A DNA stretch of 64,000 nt from Heptranchias perlo (Eukaryota). Every line of letters starts with the position of its first letter. The stretch's first letter is position 1. The notes under the pieces were generated by a model that worked only from the letters and a program-made list of their open reading frames with translations, did no database searches and was not told where the DNA came from. The stretch covers positions 86,304,001 through 86,368,000 of the forward strand of contig NC_090328.1 of assembly GCF_035084215.1 (NCBI RefSeq). The letters are read 5' to 3'. This document shows positions 38,479-51,310 of the stretch, one piece after another. Both the position numbers and the translations under genes were made by a program.

Positions 38479-39799
38479 AATAATTCTATAGCAGGAATGT
38501 CCAAGCTTTTACTATTCCTGGGCCTTAAAAGCATACCATATAAAATTTAGACCAACCCTTCCATTAATTTGCAAATACATTTTTAAAATGCCTCGGCTAA
38601 TGCCTCTGCTAAAATAGCAGAGAATGAAATAGAATTCCAGACCAATTCATTAAACTTTGGTAGGCTGGTATTCTACTCATTTCAGGAGTGAAATTCCTTT
38701 CCCCACCTGCCCAGGAAAAATACAAACAGAAGTGTGTTAATATCTCTATAACCCTCAATTCCCTCTTCTTGATGGAAGCCCTACCAGAGCAGTCATGCTA
38801 ATCTCCTCATTACCTTTTTTGTTGTTGTGATAGGATCCAGTCTGTTTACAGGGTGGGCTCAATTATATCAATGGTCACTCTATGTGACGGACTTTTTGCA
38901 TTATTCAAAATAACTGTAATGGGAAAACTGGGAGTTTCTTCTTCCCATTCATCAAGACAATGGAGGTGAATTTCAATGCATTAACACTTTATAAACTGCA
39001 CAGCAATATTTTTTTAGCCAGGAATCTACCTGATATCTTCTATTGAAATGCTTCTCCCCAGTTCCCTTGAATTTTGTGAGTCTTCCCGTGATTCGCACGC
39101 TGAGTCTGGGCTGACCTCATTTGCATACATCATAGTGAGGACCAGTGGCACTGCAGCTCCCAATTTCTTAAAGTACTCAATAGTCTCAGCTTTATAAGGT
39201 GCAGCAGCTGCCAGGAACAACTGGTCAAGGCAGAAGTAAGGAGTTTCCGACACAGAAGAGTTTGGAGATTTTGAATACAGATATCTGAATTTGGGAAACA
39301 CTTTTTAAAGTATTTTTTTGCCATTCTGCCTATAGGCAGTGGGACTTGCTTCTGCTGCTTATGCAGACAGACCATCGGCAAATTTTTGCACCCCCCCCCC
39401 CCCACCTGCAGTGAGGGCTTATCAATAACAGATATGGCTTTCCCTACAGACACACCCTTATATGCCATTATCTCGAGGAGGACATCACAGCACGTCTCAT
39501 CACCAAATAATTCTCCTCTGTGCAACACAGTCTACCTTTGACACTACAGCCTTACCTCTTTCTCCCCCACTTTCAAATAAAGGGACATTTCCTCAATCCA
39601 TTACCCATCCTAAAACATGACAACACATCAGCCCTCCTTGCCCCTACAGGGCCGTGGCAATCATTATTGCCTGAGTGAAGATACCCAGATCAAAGTAGTG
39701 CACTTTTTCCTGAATGACTCTAACCTCCATCAATAATAAAGCACCACATAAGTTCACATTCTACTTGGTTACACCATGCTTTCCTTGGTACCATCATGT

Positions 39800-40790
39800 G
39801 TCTTTTTTAAAATTTATTCTCAAGCTTCTTCTAAGTGCTACCTGATGGCCAGGATTGCGGCTGATGGTTGGTTCCTCCTGCTCTACAAAAAGCCCATGGG
39901 ACTGAGGTTGCCCTCGTAACTTGGCAGCTTGTTCCTAGCATGGAGCTGCTGCTGGCTGCATCTCTGGAGCTTGCTCCTGGGCAGCCTGGTGTCACCTTTC
40001 ACAATCCACTGGCATGGAGCTCGGACAGGGAAGGACAGAGGCCTGGCCTGAGAGATGGCAGTATCAGCCAGGTAGTCACCAGCCATCGCCATTCCACTGG
40101 ACCCTGGATCTGTGGTCCCAATGATCAGCAGGATGCTGATCTTATGGTAGTTATCAGATCTTCAATACCCTGCGACACTGCGATCACCATGGTCTGATAG
40201 CCGCTATGCAGGCTGCTGTCTATTCTCCCCTGTATTGCCACCAAAGCTACAGACCATGCTTCCGTGGAGGTGGAGACACTGACTGGTCTGTGGCCACTTC
40301 TTAGCTGGGGAACTGACGCAGATTCCAATGAAGCTGCCACTGTTGGTGCCTGCAACAAGAGAAAGCTTCTGGGATATTGCTGCAAAGGACAGCTGTAGAC
40401 TCGAGAGCCACACCTGTCAGTTGCCAAAAATCCACAGAAATTGACCTCAGAGCCTGCACGTAGGTCTTCAAACATTATTCTTTTCAGGCGCGTATCCATG
40501 CATTCTGGGATCGACAACTCCAAAGCCATTGGCAACCTTCTTCTCAACCTCCACTGGGAAAGTGGTACATCATCGTCCACTCTCATGCTTCTGGTTCCCT
40601 CATGCTCTGTGAATCACTGATTGCCACACCCTCACGAACACTATTTAATTACCCCCAGATGAAAGTATCAGAGCTGGTGCTTGGGAGTGAGGAAGTAAGT
40701 GCCACAAGGAGTGAGTTAGAGGGGGTTGGGGCAGGGGAAGATAGGGCAGGATCATGCTCCGATTCCTCGATCATCCTCTTCCTCATCATA
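39800..40790 (-). pseudogene. Harbinger Myb-gene last-exon remnant
   Basis: Acidic stretch then LPSTSSDT (cf. LASTSSDI at 14140-14160) and WRLRRRL (cf. YRRRLM). The acidic stretch appears to continue at 43790-43830, beyond the CR1 insertion. Confidence 0.55.
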
Positions 40791-40791
40791 A

Positions 40792-43782
40792 TCGAACAGG
40801 AAGAAATGTCAGGAAGGGTAATAGTGCATCAGTAAATAAGGTCAAATCAGAGAAAAATAGTATAAACTTAAAATTAAAGGTGCTTTACCTGAATGCACAA
40901 AGCATTCGTATCAAGATAGATGAATTAATGGCACAAATAGAGATAAATGCGTTTGATATAGTAGCCATTACTGAGATATGGTTGTAAGGTGACCAAGGTT
41001 GGGAACTAAATATTCCAGTGTACTTGACGTTTCGAAAAGACAGACAGAATGGATGAGATAAAGATAGTAGTGAGAAAAGATCTTGGCTCGGAAGATCAGG
41101 AAGTAGAATCAGTATGGGTGGAGATAAGAAATAACAAGGGGCAGAAAACATTGGTGGGAGTAGTCTATAGGCCCCCTAAGAGTGGTTATACTGTTGGACA
41201 GAGTATTAATCAAGAAATAAGAGGAGTTTGTAACAAAGGTAATGCAATGATTGTGGGGGATTTTAATCTTCATATAGACTGGGCAAATCAAATTGGCAAA
41301 AGTAGTTTGGAGGATGGTTTATAGAATGATTTGAAACATTTTTCTCGAACAATAAGTCGTGGAACCTACCAGGGAACAGGTTATTTTAGATCTTGTCTTG
41401 TGTAATGAGACAGGGTTAATTAGTAATCTCATAATAAAGGATCCTCTAGGGCAGAGTGGTCATAATATGATGGAATTTCGAGAGTGACATACTTAAGTCC
41501 AAAACTGGGGTCTTAAACTTAAACAAAGCCAATTATATAGGTATGAGGGGCAAGTTGGCTATGGTTGATTGGGAAATTAGATTAAACGATATGAAGGTAG
41601 ATAAGCAATGGCAAACATTTAAAGAAATATTTCATAATTCTCAATGAATATACATTCCATTGAGCAACAAGGGATGGGCAATAAATGCCGACCTCGCCAG
41701 CGACGCCCACATCCCATGAACGAATTTTTTAAAACTCCACGAGAAAAGTGATCCATCCATGGCTAACTAAAGAAGTTAAGGATAGTATTAGATTAAAAGA
41801 AGAGGCTTATAATGTTGCCAAGAAGAGTAGTAAGCCTGAGGATCGGGAGAGTTTTAGAAACCAGGAAAGGATGACCAAAAAATTGATAGAGGTAGAAAAT
41901 AGAATGAGAGTAAACTAGCAGAAATATAAAAACGGATTGTAAGAGCTTCTACATGTATGTAAAAAGGAAGAGAGCAGCAAAAGTAAACGTGGGTCCCTTA
42001 GAGGTTGAGACAGGAGAAATTATAATGGGGAATAAGGAAATGGCAGAGACATTAAACAAATATTTTGTATCTGTCTTCACAGTAGAAAACACAAAAATCA
42101 TATCAGAAATAATGGAGAACCAATGGCTTAAGAGAGTGAGGAACTTAAAGTCATTAATATTAGCAAGGAAAAAGTACTGGAGAAATTAATGGGACTAAAA
42201 GCTAACAAAACCCCTGGACCTGATGGCCTACACCCCAGGGTTCTAAAAGAGGTGGCTGCAGAGATAGTGGATGCTTTTGATCTTCCAAAATTCCCTAGAT
42301 TCTAGAATGGTCCCAGCGGATTGGAAGGTAGCAAATGTAAAACAGCTATTCAAAAAAGGAGGGTGAGAGAAAACAGAGAACTACAGATCAGTTAGCCTGA
42401 CATCAGTAGTCTGGAAAATGCTGGAATCTATTATTAAGGATGTGGTAATGTGGTAGTAGAAAAACATAATATGATTAGGCAGAGTCAACATGGTTTTATG
42501 AAAGGGAAATCATATTTGACAAATCAATTAGAGTTTTTTGAGGATGTAACTAGCAGGGAACATAAAGGGGAACCAGTAGATGTAGTATATTTGGATTTTC
42601 AAAAGGCATTTGATAAGGTGCCACACAAAGGGTTGTTACACAAGATAAGGGCTCATAGTGTTGGGGGTAATATATTAGCATCAATAGAGGATTGATTAAT
42701 GGACAGAAAACAGAGAATAGGAATAAACAGGTCATTTTCAGGTTGGCTGGCTGTAACCAGTGGGGTGCCGCAAGGATCAGTGCTTGGGCCTCAGCTATTT
42801 ATAATCTATATTAATGACTTAGATGAAGGGACTGAGTGTAATGTATCCAATTTTGCTGACGATATAAAGCTAGATGGGAAAGTAAACTGTGAGGAGGACA
42901 CAAAGAGTCTGCAAAGGGATAGAGACAGGTTAGTGAGTGGGCAAGAAGGTGGCAGATGGAGAATAATGTGGGGAAATGTGAGGTTATTCACTTTAGTAGG
43001 AAGAATATTAAAACAAAATATTTTTTAAATGGTGAGAAACTATTAAATGTTGGTGTTCAGAGGGATTTGGATGTCCTTGCACAAGAAATACAGAAAGTTA
43101 ACATGCAGGTACAGCAAGCAATTAGGAAGGCAAATGGTATGTTGGCCTTTATTGCAAGTGGGTTGGCGTACAAGAGTAAGGAAGTCTTGCTGCAATTGTA
43201 CAGGGCTCTGATGAGACCACACCTGGAGTACTGTGTACAGTTTTGGTTTCCTTACCTAAGGAAGGATATACTTGTCTTTGAGGCAGTGCAACGAAGGTTC
43301 ACTAGATTAATTCCTGGGATGAGAGGGTTGTCCTATGAGGAGAGATTGAGTAGAATGGGCCTATACTCTCTGGAGTTTAGAAAAATGAGAGGTGATCTCA
43401 TTGAAACATATAAGATTCTGAGGGGGCGTGACAGGGTAGATGCTGAGAAGCTGTTTCCCCTCGCCGGAGAGTCCAGAACTAGGGGGCATAGTCTCAGGAT
43501 AAGGGGTCAGCCATTTAGGACTGAGGTGAGGAGAAATTTCTTCACTCAGAAGGATGTGAATTTTTGGAATTCTTTACCTCAGAGGGCTGTGGATTCTGAG
43601 TCGTTGAGTATATTCAGGGCTGAGATCGATAGATTTTTGGACTCAAAAGGAATCAAGGGATATGGGAATAGGGCGGGAAAGTGGAGTTGAGGTCAAAGAT
43701 CAGCCATGATCTTATTGAATGGCGGAGCAGCTTCGAGGGGCCATATGCCCTACTGCTGCTCCTATTTCTTATGTTCTTATGT
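40792..43782 (+). mobile_element. CR1 LINE with near-complete decayed ORF2 and tail
   Basis: [66 protein letters not shown], (TATGTTCT)n; possible TCATAA TSD. Confidence 0.93.
41670..41730 (+). mobile_element. ~60-nt insertion consisting only of the Zenon-like LINE 3'UTR
   Basis: AGGGATGGGCAATAAATGC..GCCAGC..GCCCACATCCCATGAA matches 6932-6990 and sits within an A-run of CR1 ORF2. Confidence 0.88.
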
Positions 43783-43830
43783 TCATAAATACCTTTCCTG
43801 CTGCTTCTCCTCCTCCTCAATCTCCTCCTC

Positions 43831-44105
43831 CAGAACAAGGACATAGATATAAGATTGAATGTTCCAGATTTAGCAGGAGAAACTTTGTTTACGCAGAGGG
43901 TTCTGAGGCTGTGGAATGCACGGCCAGAGTTAGTGATTGAAGCAGAGACCATGTCAACGCTTAAGAATAGGTTACATAGGTGGCTGAAGGAAAGGGGAGT
44001 AAAGGGATATGGGAACAGAGAACATGGGATTAGGACTATTGTTCGTGTGGAGGATGAACACCAACACGGGCTGATTGATGCAATTTCTGTGTAATTCTAT
44101 GATTT
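43831..44105 (+). mobile_element. CR1 3' fragment of a different subfamily
   Basis: LFTQRVLRLWNARPELVIEAET..KGYG with an ATTCTATGATT tail. Confidence 0.8.
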
Positions 44106-45074
44106 TGAACAACTCATAGGCGTATCTGCCTGGAAATGTTTAGTAAATATGCTTTTGCACCAATAGGGGCGTTCAGATGGTCTGGAGTACTGTGTCCACA
44201 GGATTCCTTATTAGGATTTTATTGGTTGACGCGGCACCAAACTGACACTAGAGCTGTCCGACATATATTAGTGCAGCCACTTCCTGGACACTAGTCAGTC
44301 ACCAGAATTATGTAAAAATAATACTGTGGGGTTGGACGGAGCAGTCTGCGGTGTAGTACAGAGCTGGCTTAGTGGACGGGACATATCTAATTCTCTAAAA
44401 TGTGTACACTTTGGAACAAAGGAATCAAAACAGAAAAATGGGTTCTCCTGTTACGTTAACGGGCGGACTGTGTATTTACAGCAGTTTTTGTTTCTATTTC
44501 AGATTGCAGTATTTACTGTGTTTTTTTCTTTTTGTCCCCTGTAATTTATTAAAAATGAATACAAATCGACAAGTAAAGCTATTGAAATGATATGGTCTAT
44601 TTAAATGGCACAAGTTGAAATATACGCACGTCAATTGCCACCTCTGCAGTGATGCACTCGGTGTGATCTTGAGCATTGGCGCAATGCAACGTTGCAGTTA
44701 TGTTTGTGTGGCTGGAGCTGAGAGCTCTCGGTTTCTGCGTGGAAGTTTGAAAGCAATCTGATAATAAAACACTTACTTTTGCAGTAGTTTTTCAAAAAAA
44801 AATCATTTGGTTTATTACGCGGCCACATTCAGCTGACATGACATATGGAACCCAGTAAAAATAAAACTTCTGACAACCATTTGGAATGATTCAGACAAAC
44901 GGGAGATGCCGTGCAATTGCGGAATGAGCTTCTTGAGACCAAACTTTACTGCAACCATTAATGTCTCCTTTGCAACAAAAAATATTAGTATTAACAAAGT
45001 TCTATCGATGTCCTTATTCGCTCCAAATACTCTTCATTCCGCGGATAAGTTCCATAAAACCCAGAGAGAAATGC

Positions 45075-45805
45075 TTCTAAGTTAAAAACAGTGGATGTCC
45101 AAAGGGACTTAGGGATTCAGGTACATAGTTCATTGAAGTGTCATGAACAGGTGCAGAAAATAATCAAGAAGGCTAATGGAATGCTGGCCTTTATATCTAG
45201 AGGACTAGAGTACAAGGGGGCAGAAGTTATGCTATACAAAACCCTGGTTAGACAGCACCTGGAGTACTGTGAGCAGTTCTGGGCACCGCACCTTCGGAAG
45301 GACATATTGGTCTTGGAGGGAGTACAGCGTAGGTTTACTAGAATGATACCTGGACTTCAAGGGTTAAGTTACGAGGAGAAATTACACAAATTGGGGTTGT
45401 ATTCTCTAGAGTTTAGAAGGTTAAGGGGTGATCTGATCGAAGTTTATAAGATATTAAGGGCAACAGATAGGGTGGATAGAGAGAATCTATTTCCGCTGGT
45501 TGGGGATTTTAGGAGTAGGGGGCACAGTCTAAAAATTAGAGCCAGACCTTTCAGGAGCGAGATTAGAAAACATTTCTACACACAAAGGGTGGTAGAAGTT
45601 TGGAACTCTCTTCCACAAACGACAATTGATACTAGCTCAAATGCTAAATTTAAATCTGAGATAGATAGCTTTTTGACAACCAAAGGTATTAAGGGATATG
45701 GGCCAAAGGCAGGTAAATGGAGTTAGATCACAGATCAGCCATGATCTTATCAAATGGCGGAGCAGGCACGAGGGGCTGAATGGCCTACTCCTGTTCCTAT
45801 GTTCC
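45075..45805 (+). mobile_element. CR1 3' fragment, relatively young
   Basis: Open 211-codon ORF2 C-terminus (QRDLGIQVH..WNSLPQ..GKWS*) and GTTCCTATGTTCC tail. Confidence 0.93.
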
Positions 45806-46094
45806 TCGTGTATGTAACTTGTATAATAGAAGAATCATGACAGTTAGCTCTGATGATGCATCCTCCTTAATTACTGGATGTCCCATTGATTGGACAATGC
45901 TCTTCTAAATCATCTTTTACTAGGAAAATTGAACTTGGAAACCAGCGGGATGTAAACAGTGGGACATGTGATCTTACCCCACCTCCTGTCCTCTTCTTCC
46001 AGTAGTGTGTTTTAGGTATCCCTTTGTTTTGAATTTAATTTTTAACAAAATCTTGTTTGTAATTAATTAAGACACAATATAATATCCATAACTG

Positions 46095-46220
46095 ATTACA
46101 TAGATTACATAGAATTTACAGCATAAAAACAGACCATTAGGCCCAACTGGACTATGCCGGTGATTATGTTCCACACAAGCCTCTTCCCACCATACTTCAT
46201 CTAACCCTATCAGCATAACC
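46095..46220 (-). mobile_element. CR1 3'UTR fragment
   Basis: TTACATAGATTACATAGAAT tail followed by GACCATTAGGCCCAAC, typical of CR1 3' ends. Confidence 0.55.
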
Positions 46221-47779
46221 TTCAATCTTACACTCTGCTAACCCATATCAATTAGTGTGAAATTGAAATACCTTATTTTGTGTAACATGAATTAAAAATA
46301 AAAGTGCTTGAAATATATCAGAAGGTTTCACAAAGTGTCAACACCCCAAACCTTTTTTTCACAGATGCTGACGGACCAGCTGTGCATTTTGTTCTGATTT
46401 CAAATTTCCAACATTTGTGTTTTTATAACATGTATTTCACTGTCTGTCACTTGTACAATAAAACAATCTCTAATAACACATGGCGGATGTTATTCCATTT
46501 TGAAATCGTTCCGTTGCCGGTTGTTAAACCGACATTATACGGGAGTGTATTAATTAGTGAACTTTTATCTAGCGTATTTGAATATTGAAAAAATTGAAGG
46601 GTCAAGTCACCGGCTGTGGCCTGACCATCGGTTTTAAAATCCCAACCACCAGATGTCCCGATTTAATGATTTATCATTCAGACCCCTGTAAACACACACA
46701 CCATTTGGCAGAAATATGTGTCAAAAATAAAACGACGTAGTGTGTCCTAAATGATCAGATTGCTACCTGATTTTGGCAGACGAGCTCCAGGTGTTTGAAA
46801 ATCTGATCTCGGGGTAGGGTTTGAAACTTCATCATCAGATCGTATCAAGTCGTGGTGAAGAAATGTATTATTAAAGTCGGTCTGCTCAATTCAACACACC
46901 TCATTAAAATCCAACGTTTGAAAAAAAAATAAAACCTTTATAGTTAGGGTGACTTTTTGAACACCCTGAAATAAAGTTGCGTTGATTTATTCGAAAGGAC
47001 GAAGCATTAGGACAAGATTAGGATAGTACAGATAAATCAACTGCCGCATTATACCGACTCTCTATTAAGTATAGCTAGTTTTAAACTGCACGGAACCTTG
47101 ATATTTGGTCGATGGATTTGCATCATTGGAACTGCGGTTTAAAAACCTTTGCATTATTAACATTTAGACCAATGTTGTGTCCTATCACATCCAGACCTGC
47201 AAGTGTTTCCAAGTTTATTCTATTATAACGTCAGGCATTAAAATGCAACACGCCGCCGTCTTGTTGATGTTAAAACAAGCACATGGATTTGAATGGGGTT
47301 GCATTCTTATTCAGGAAGTCCTGGAAGTGCTTGAGTTGGGAGTTTAGCATTAAGGTAATTATTGATGGAGATGTTAATGCAGTCACCAGGACGAGTGAAT
47401 GGTTGATAACACCTTTAAACTTAAATGAAGGTGAATAGATATGTAGATCACTTTGTTGGACAAAGTCATTATTGTTAGAAAAAGAGTGCAGGGAAGTTAC
47501 ATTTTAAAAAGCAGCAAATAGCTTTGAATGGACAACCACGATGAGTAAATATTTGTGACCTGGATGTTCAGAACGTTAATGACTAAACTATTTGAATTTA
47601 AATGATTCCGATCGTTATTTCATGCATTTTTACTGTGTGTTGTTTTGAATAAAATAAACTATTTGTACATTTTCTGTTAGGAATCCTTTTACGAAAACCT
47701 AGAATCACACGCATTAATAATGTTCGCAACGATGTAATTTACAATCCGTCATGTTTATTGCACTTAATGCACTGTTACG

Positions 47780-48070
47780 ACAAATTACAGAGGAGAAAGC
47801 CCATTCAGTCCATTCTAATTCCACATTCTAACCACTCTCTGTTCATTCTTTGCATGAAGAATTTCATTATGTCAGACCTAAAATTATTATTTTATTTGTT
47901 TGAACCTGTGTCCTCCTAGCTCTACTCCCACAGTTTAAAGCAATATTCTGCTTTAACTTTTTCAATATCCTTAACAATTTTAAATACCTCCATAAGATCA
48001 CCTCTCAGATACCTCTTTTACAGGCTGAAGAACCCAAGAGGTTCCAATCTTTCCTCATAACTTAAGACAC
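47780..48070 (-). mobile_element. Old CR1 3' fragment
   Basis: Minus strand SYEERLEPLGFFSL..YLRGDLMEVFKIVK. Confidence 0.7.
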
Positions 48071-48234
48071 TTGGTAATGGGAGATTGCATATCTGTAATA
48101 TTACTGCAGGCTCTAATTAAAGGAGTGGAGTCCATAAACGGTATTGTTAGCAGTAAAATTGCCAATACTGAGATTCTATAACCTGCAAAATAAATGTTGC
48201 TTTTACACGAATGAAGAATGAATATGAAATTTCG

Positions 48235-50300
48235 ATAGTGTCTCTTTTATCTCCCCTCATGCCTTCTCTGAGCTTATCTTGTGCACGAGACCCACCTCCT
48301 GCTCTCTTAACCCCATTCCCACTAAACAGTTGACCACCCAACTTCTTTTCCTGACCCCATAGTAGCTAACATTGTAAATGGTTCCCCCTCCCTTTCAAAA
48401 CCACTATCATCACCCCTCCTCAAAAAACTCACTCTTAACCCTCTGCCCTTGCAAACCACCGCCCCATCTTCAAACTTTCTTTCCTCTTCAAAGTCCTTTT
48501 ATGTGTTGTCGTCTCACAACTCTGTGCCCAAGTTTCCTGCAATTCTGTGTTTGAACCTCTCCGATCAGGTTTCCGCCACTGCCATATCACTGAAATCGCC
48601 CTAATCATAGTCACAAATGACATCCTATATGACCATGGGGCATTTTCCTTCCTCATCCTCCTCAAACTCTCTGTAACCTTTGACATGGTCAATCATTCCA
48701 TCCTCCTCCGACACCTCACCTATGTTACTCAGCTCAGTGGGACTACCCTCACTTGGTTCCACTCTTACCTATCCAATCATAGCCAAAGCATCTCCAGCAA
48801 TGTCTTTAATTTCAGTCCCCACAATGTTACCTCAGGAGTTCCTGAAGGATCTATCCTTGGCCCCCTCCTTTTCATCATCTACAAGCTGTCCTTTGGCAAC
48901 ATCATCTGAAGACATGGGGTCAGCTTCCATGTGTATGCTGATGACACCCAGCTTTGCCTATCCACCACCTCTCTTGACCCCTCCACTGCCTATGTTCTGT
49001 TTGGCTGCTTGTTCAACATCCAGTCTTGGATGAGCCATAATTTCCTCCAGTTAAACACTAGGAACACCAACACCATCGTCTTTGGCACCTGCCACAAACT
49101 CTGTACCTTTTCCAATGATTCCAATCCCCTCCCCAGCCACTGTCTCAGGTTGACCAGACTTTGGCATCCTATTAGACCACAAGCTGAGCTGCCAACCCCA
49201 TATCCTCTCCATCACAAAGACCGCTGACTTCCACCTCTGTAACATTGCCTACCTCTGTCCCTATATCAGCCCATGTAATGGTGAAACCCTCATCCAGCCT
49301 TTACCATCTACAGACTTGACAATTCCAATGCTCTCCTTGCCGGTCTCCCATCCTCCATGTTCTGTAAACTTCAGCTCATCCAAAACTCTGCTGCCCATAT
49401 CCTATCCTGCAATAAGTCCCGTTCACTGCTCACCCATCCTTGCTGACCTACATTGACTCCTGGTCACCCCCCCCCCAGAGTCTCCAATTTTAAATTCTCA
49501 TCCTCACATTTAAATCCCTTCAAGGCCTTGCCCCTCCCTATCTCTGTAACCTCTTCCAGCCCTACAAATCCCCAGAACTCTCCATTCCTCTGAGTCTGGC
49601 CTCTTGTGCAAGCCCCTCCCTAATTCCACCTTTGACAGCCGTGCCTTCAGAATCTGGATTCCATGTTCAAAAATTCCCTGCCTAAGCCCCTTCACTTCCC
49701 TTTCCGCCTATAAAAGCTCCCTTAAAGGTGTTGGCTTTGGCTCAGTGGTAGCACATTGGCCTTTGAATCAGAAGGTTATAGGTTCATAGTCCCACTCCAG
49801 AGACTTAAGCAGATAATTTAGATTGACACTTAATTGCAGTACTAATGTAATGTTGGATGTAGATGTTAAACTCACAAGTAGACCTAAAAGACCCCATGGC
49901 ACTATTGGAAGAAGAGCAGGGGAGTTGTCCCAGTGTCCTGGTCAGTATTTATCCCTCAGCCAACATTACTAAAGCAAATTATCTCATTGCTGCTTGTGGC
50001 ACCTTACTGTGTATAAATTGGCTTCCATGTTCCCCTACATGAATACACTGTGAAGTGCTTTGGGAGGTCTTGAAGTTGTAAAGGCATTGTATAAATGCAA
50101 GATCTTGCTTAAAATCCAACTCTTTAACTAAGCTTTTAGTCACCCCTACGAATATCTCTTTTTTTTGGATTGGCATCTATTATTGTCTGAATATGTCTCT
50201 GTGAAGTACTTTGGGACATTTTTCTATATTATAGTTGCTGTATAAATGGATGTTATTATTGTTGCTGTTATTGTTGGTGTTGTTGATGATGATGATGATG
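48235..50300 (+). mobile_element. L2 LINE, RT and 3' end, decayed
   Basis: SGFRHCHITEIALIIVTNDIL, LSVTFDMVNHSILL, GVPEGSILGPLLF, MYADDTQL, LQLIQNSAA; (TTG/ATG)n tail. Confidence 0.9.
49727..50107 (+). mobile_element. Full-length Deu-type SINE inserted in the L2 3' region
   Basis: TGGCTCAGTGG A box and GGTTCATAGTCCC B box; CTTAAA duplicated at 49721-49726 and 50108-50113. Confidence 0.88.
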
Positions 50301-50609
50301 CCGATGTTGAAGTGGAGTAGTAGTCCTGTCTCACCAGAGTTAGTATTTGATTGTTAGACTTCTATTTCTGCCCAGCTACGGTCTAATGCCACTACCCATG
50401 TAGCATGTGCTTGTGAAAGACAAAGATAGGCCTATTATTGCATCTATCATCAGCAAAAGACAGGTTGACTAAATCAAACATGTGAAAGAAAAAAGATAAA
50501 CCTGTATTTTAAAAGGTGCATGATGAAAACGATGGTCCTTTATTTTATCATACACTAACAAGCCATACCAACATATGTACTCAGATTGTTGGTGGCTAGA
50601 ATTGCAGTT

Positions 50610-50720
50610 TTAATGCTGGAAACACTCAACAAGTCCGGTACCATCTGTAAAGAGAACAGACAAGTTGACATTCCAGGTGTGGGCCCATAATCAGAACTAG
50701 AAGATATTACAGATAGTCAG
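50610..50720. repeat. Decayed arm of the 53758-54038 palindromic family (another at ~46295-46420)
   Basis: AATGCTGGAAACACTCAACAAGTCCGGTACCATCTGT..TTCCAGGT..ATCAGAACTAGAAGATATTA aligns with 53807-53905. Confidence 0.65.
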
Positions 50721-50769
50721 CATTTTAAAAAGAACAAAATAAAAAGATCCCATGCATTAAAAAGAACAA

Positions 50770-51310
50770 AAGAGCCTTTATAAATCGTTGGTTCGGCCAC
50801 AACAGGAGTATTGCGTCCAATTCTGGGCACTGCACTTCAGGAAGGATGTGGAGGCCTTAGAGAGGGGTGCAGAAAAGATTTACTGGAATGGTTCCAGGGA
50901 TGAGGGACTTCAGTTACGTAGATAGAGTGGAGAAGCTGGGATTGTTCTCCTTAGAGCAGAGAAGGTTGAGAGGAGATTTGATAGAGGTATTCAAAACCAT
51001 GTCTGGACAGAGTAGATAGAGAGAAACTGTTCATATTGGCGGAAAGGTTAAGAACCAGAGGACATAGATTTAAGCAAAAGAACCAAAGGTGACATGAGGA
51101 AAAACTTTTTTATACAGTGAGTGGTTAGGATCTGGAATGCACTGCCCCAGGGGGTGGTGGAGGCAGATTCAATCGTGGCTTTCAAAAGGGAATTGAACAA
51201 GTACTTGAAGGGAAAATATTTGAAGGGCTATGGGGAAAGGGCACGGGAGTGTGACTAGCTGGATTGCTCTTGCAGAGAGCCGGTACAGGCTCGACTGGCT
51301 GAATGGCATG
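50770..51310 (+). mobile_element. CR1 3' fragment, same subfamily as 30625-32022
   Basis: YKSLVRPQQEYCVQFW..EQRRLRGDLIEVFK..IWNALP and matching 3'UTR. Confidence 0.88.

Noticed and set aside
45850-45875. CTGATGA hammerhead-like start (also minus strand ~46835)
   Set aside because: No stem II followed by GAAA; chance match.
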